Of a stretch of 64,000 bases of DNA, positions 60,771 through 64,000 are shown piece after piece. Every line of letters starts with the position of its first letter. Within the stretch, counting starts at the first letter, position 1. Where the stretch lies: assembly GCA_036172245.1 (NCBI GenBank), contig JAYWIR010000053.1, positions 62,001-126,000 of the forward strand, read 5' to 3'. Both the position numbers and the translations under genes were made by a program. The notes under the pieces were generated by a model. It was not told the DNA's origin, made no database searches, and was given only the letters and a program-made list of their open reading frames with translations. The DNA comes from Raillietiella orientalis (Eukaryota).

Positions 60771-63700
60771 GTAAATAAATTTTTCTAAAATTTTTCTATA
60801 AAAACATTCACACTACAATCTCATCCATACCACTAGCACTTTTTTTTTACCACTATGAAGTCCTTGGGTTCTCACAAGTTCTGCACTCATGGGGTGCTTC
60901 CTACTGTTTGGCCCCGGGCGTCGTCTTCTATCCTCTTCCGGATGAATCGGTACGTCCAGGCTTGGATTTTCCCACAGTTTCTAATGCCGATTTCCCTCTT
61001 CAGAAGCCCTTGTAGGATCTCCATCGGTGGTGCGGCTCTTCTGGCTTTCCTCATTTTCCACTACCGCACAAGTATGGCGGTGATGAAGAGGTCGATGGTC
61101 GTCCTCACCATGGGATTGTAACAGGGAACATTACCATCCCCCTGAAACATCCCGGCGAGGATCTCCATTACGGATCTGTTCGTAAGTCCGATGATCCTTT
61201 TCAGGATCAGCCAGTCATGCAGCAATGTGGGACACGTCAAGACGTGAAGTCTCGTGTCGATGTCTCCACATGCTGTGCAGTCTCGATCTTCCCTTCTTCC
61301 GGTGTAGTGCTGCAATCGGGACCCACTCTAGATTCCTCCATAATAAAACATCAGGAGGTCATCCTGGGTGCCCGGCGGAAGATCACTCCTCCAGAGCGTC
61401 GTGCCGATCGCTAACAGGTTAAACCGTTCACTCCCGTAGCGTTCGGTGGCTTCCTGGAGGGCACTGGTGTCACGGTCGTTTTCTTGGATAAGCCTTCGGA
61501 GGTTTGTTCTGGTTACCCTCGACCATGCGAAGTCGTTGTGGTTGAACCACACTTCGCGGGTCCTGTGGGTAAACCTTCCTAACATCATCTCTGTATACCG
61601 AAGTATACGTGTTTGATGTAGGTAGCCTCCTCGCCTCCACTCCTGATTTGCAGTAGGGTAACTCTGGACCGCTGGTAGATCCAGCTTCTCGTGTCCGGCG
61701 GGACAGGAAGCAACCAAGGGATCACCAGGATGGACTCGTCCTGCCAGAGTTCCCTGCTTCGCGGCACGATCTTGATTTGGTGCTTCCGCACCAGCCGTTG
61801 CTTACTCCTCCAGGTCGTTTCGATTGTTATCCATTCCCCTACTTTGCCTAGCAGCGCAGTCATCAGGCCTTTCGAGTTGTTAAGCAACAACGCGTAGGTC
61901 CTGTGCGCCGTATACGGCCAGTCATCCCACTAAGTGGCAATGTCCAGGATGTCTCGCGTATCCATGATTTCCATGGAATGTGCAAGCGATTTCATCCAGG
62001 AACCGCCTTCTTCCCTGGGACGACACAGGGGTTTCAGACTTACTCTTGGGCGATAGTGGCCCCAGAGTGTTTTTCTTTGCAGCTTGTCGAACTCCCTAGT
62101 AGTGTCCTTGTTCATCCTCGCGAAGGCCGCGCCGAAGAGCACTTTCGGAAGGAGTACTCCGTTCCATATGTTGGCCTTTCGCTTCATCCCAAGGTCCGTT
62201 CGGTTGTACTTGGCTGCTTCCTTGGCCGTTTTCCCCAGGATTTCCTTCCACAGCACCTTCGACGCAGAGCCGTCGCCGATGTAGACTCCCAGGTACTTGG
62301 CCGTGTCCACCGTACGGAATCCACTACCCGTTAGAGTGGAGAGATCCAGTATTCCGACGGGCAAAAGCTGGCTCTTCTGGGAATTGATTTTTAAGCCCAA
62401 GCCCTGTTCCATCAGGTCCACCACATCCAGAGACGCACGCTGATTTTTCTCTCCCTTGAAGAAGAAGAGTAGAACATCGCCGTATGCCAGATGGGTAAGA
62501 CGCTGGCCATCGATTGTTATGCCTTGCAGTCGTCCGCTCTTCTCGATAAAGGACGACAACGCCTCCATGTAGATGACTTACAGCATCGGATTCAGCGAAT
62601 CGCCCTGCCGGACTCCCCGTTCCATCCTGATTGCTGCTGTCTCCTGGCCGTTGATCCTGATCCGGCAGTACTGGTTCTGGAGTACAGCCCTTACGAAGTT
62701 GCTGAAGTATTCCGGAAGTCCTAGCTTCTCCAGAACCCTCAGCAGCATCCCGTGGTCGATGGAGTTGAAAGCCTTCTCCATGTAAGTGAACTCTAGCATC
62801 AGGTTCTCGCAGACGTATCGACTGAGTCCAACAGTGGCCTGGGCACACTTGACATTGTCCGACATGTGCCGTCCTGGGACTGCACATGTCTGGACCGGAG
62901 AGATCAGCCTCGACATGACCTTGCCTAAGCGGTTGGACCCGATCTTCGCCAACCACTTGGCATCGGAGTTTAGGATCGAGATTGGCCTCCATTGGGCGAT
63001 CTGGGTAGAGTCGCCTCCTTTCGGCAGCAATCTCATCCGACTCTCGTAGAAGGACTGAGGTAGTCTGCCTTCTTCCCGGATGCAGAGGGTCAACTGGTGG
63101 AACAAGCGCAGGTAGGCGTGCAGGTACCGCTGATAGTGCGTGGTGGGTACACTGTCAGGGCCCGCTGCCACGTCCTTGCGAAGTTGCCCAAACGCAGTCT
63201 TCACCTCTTCTTCGGAGAACTCCTCCTCCAGTCTGTTCCGCTGGAGGTCGTCGATCCTCTTCTCGAGATAGCTCAAGAAGGCCTGTTGACTAGAGCGACA
63301 CAGCTGTGGTCGCCTGAAGTGTTTCGTGTAATGCCTGTGAAAGGCATCCACGATGTCCTCAGACGACTGTCGCTTTTGGCCGTCGTACTGGATGCAGAAG
63401 ATATCTGTTGCCAGATTTCTCTTCTCCAGCACGCCGACTTTCCCTTTTATGTTATTGAGGACGTACCGTCTCTCGTACTGATCGAAGTACTTTAAGAGGG
63501 AGCGATCTTGGATGTTCAGCTCCCGGTACGCCTCTTGCCTCAAGCGCCTATCCCCGAACTGCATGTTCGCAAACAGATGTATCCTGTGTTTCAGGCTGTC
63601 CCAGTCGGCGACTCTTCGGATTGTTGTTGCCTTCAGAATCGTCTCCAGGACAGCCTGATGTCCGGGATGGGTTTCGAACCAGGCGGGCATGCTGATGAGC

Positions 63701-64000
63701 GCCGCCCTGGTGCCTTGCCTCCGCCGAGGATTTTCCGTTCTTAGGGAAAACCGCACCAGGGGGTGATCGGACACCGTGGTCATAATGTCTCGAAAACCCT
63801 GGATGCGATTCCCAAGTTCGGTGCTGTGCAGTACGTGATCGATCGGCTTGTGACTTGCAGTTCGCCACACCAGTCCGAACTCGTCGGATAACCGCCGATA
63901 CGCCGTCCTTCCTCTGGCGTCTTCGGAGTGAGTGATCTCATCCAATATGTTGAGATTGCCAGCAACAATCACGACGTCCTTGGAAGCAACCTTTTCACGG
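60771..64000 (-). mobile_element. Divergent APE-RT LINE family J (3' part; continues beyond window)
   Basis: IVAGNLN, PIDHVL, SDH; QWRPIS, GVRQGDSLNPML, degenerate YGDV, KYLGV; CTACGDIDTRLHVLTC; AT-rich 3' end without the shared hairpin. Confidence 0.88.

Noticed and set aside
1..64000. Prokaryotic RT systems (retron, DGR, group II intron, CRISPR-RT) or LTR/DIRS elements
   Set aside because: The RTs are fused to APE endonuclease downstream of a CCHC ORF1; I saw no integrase, protease, recombinase, LTRs, repeat-spacer array or Cas genes.

Overview
The whole 64 kb is eukaryotic, GC-rich DNA made of decayed non-LTR retrotransposons of the L1/Tx1 type; I found no host gene. ORF1 carries two CX2CX4HX4C knuckles. 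ORF2 is APE endonuclease + YADD reverse transcriptase + C-terminal CX2CX7HX4C. I resolve about 18 elements or fragments in roughly six families, with my own labels A, B, C, F/G, K and J. Copies D and H are B-type; copies E and I are C-type. They are nested up to four levels deep and in head-to-tail tandems. Junctions and target-site duplications (TSDs) show that insertion sites recur and mostly lie in the endonuclease (EN) coding region of other families. A inserts in sense at ATTTCAAT (GDFN codons). B inserts antisense at GGGATTTGGGG in family C. C inserts antisense in a B-type copy with a 14-bp TSD. F/G inserts antisense at the 'AQEI' codons of C-type elements. K inserts into its own ORF1. 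All 11 intact 5' ends share a GGACGTGTTT-like motif. Ten 3' ends (all visible ones except J's) share AATAAA plus a GC hairpin, with no poly(A) tail. ORF1 and ORF2 are coupled by TAATG, which has lost its ATG in family B. No copy is intact. Host species and chromosomal location (a Zepp-like centromeric or subtelomeric cluster is plausible) cannot be determined from the sequence.
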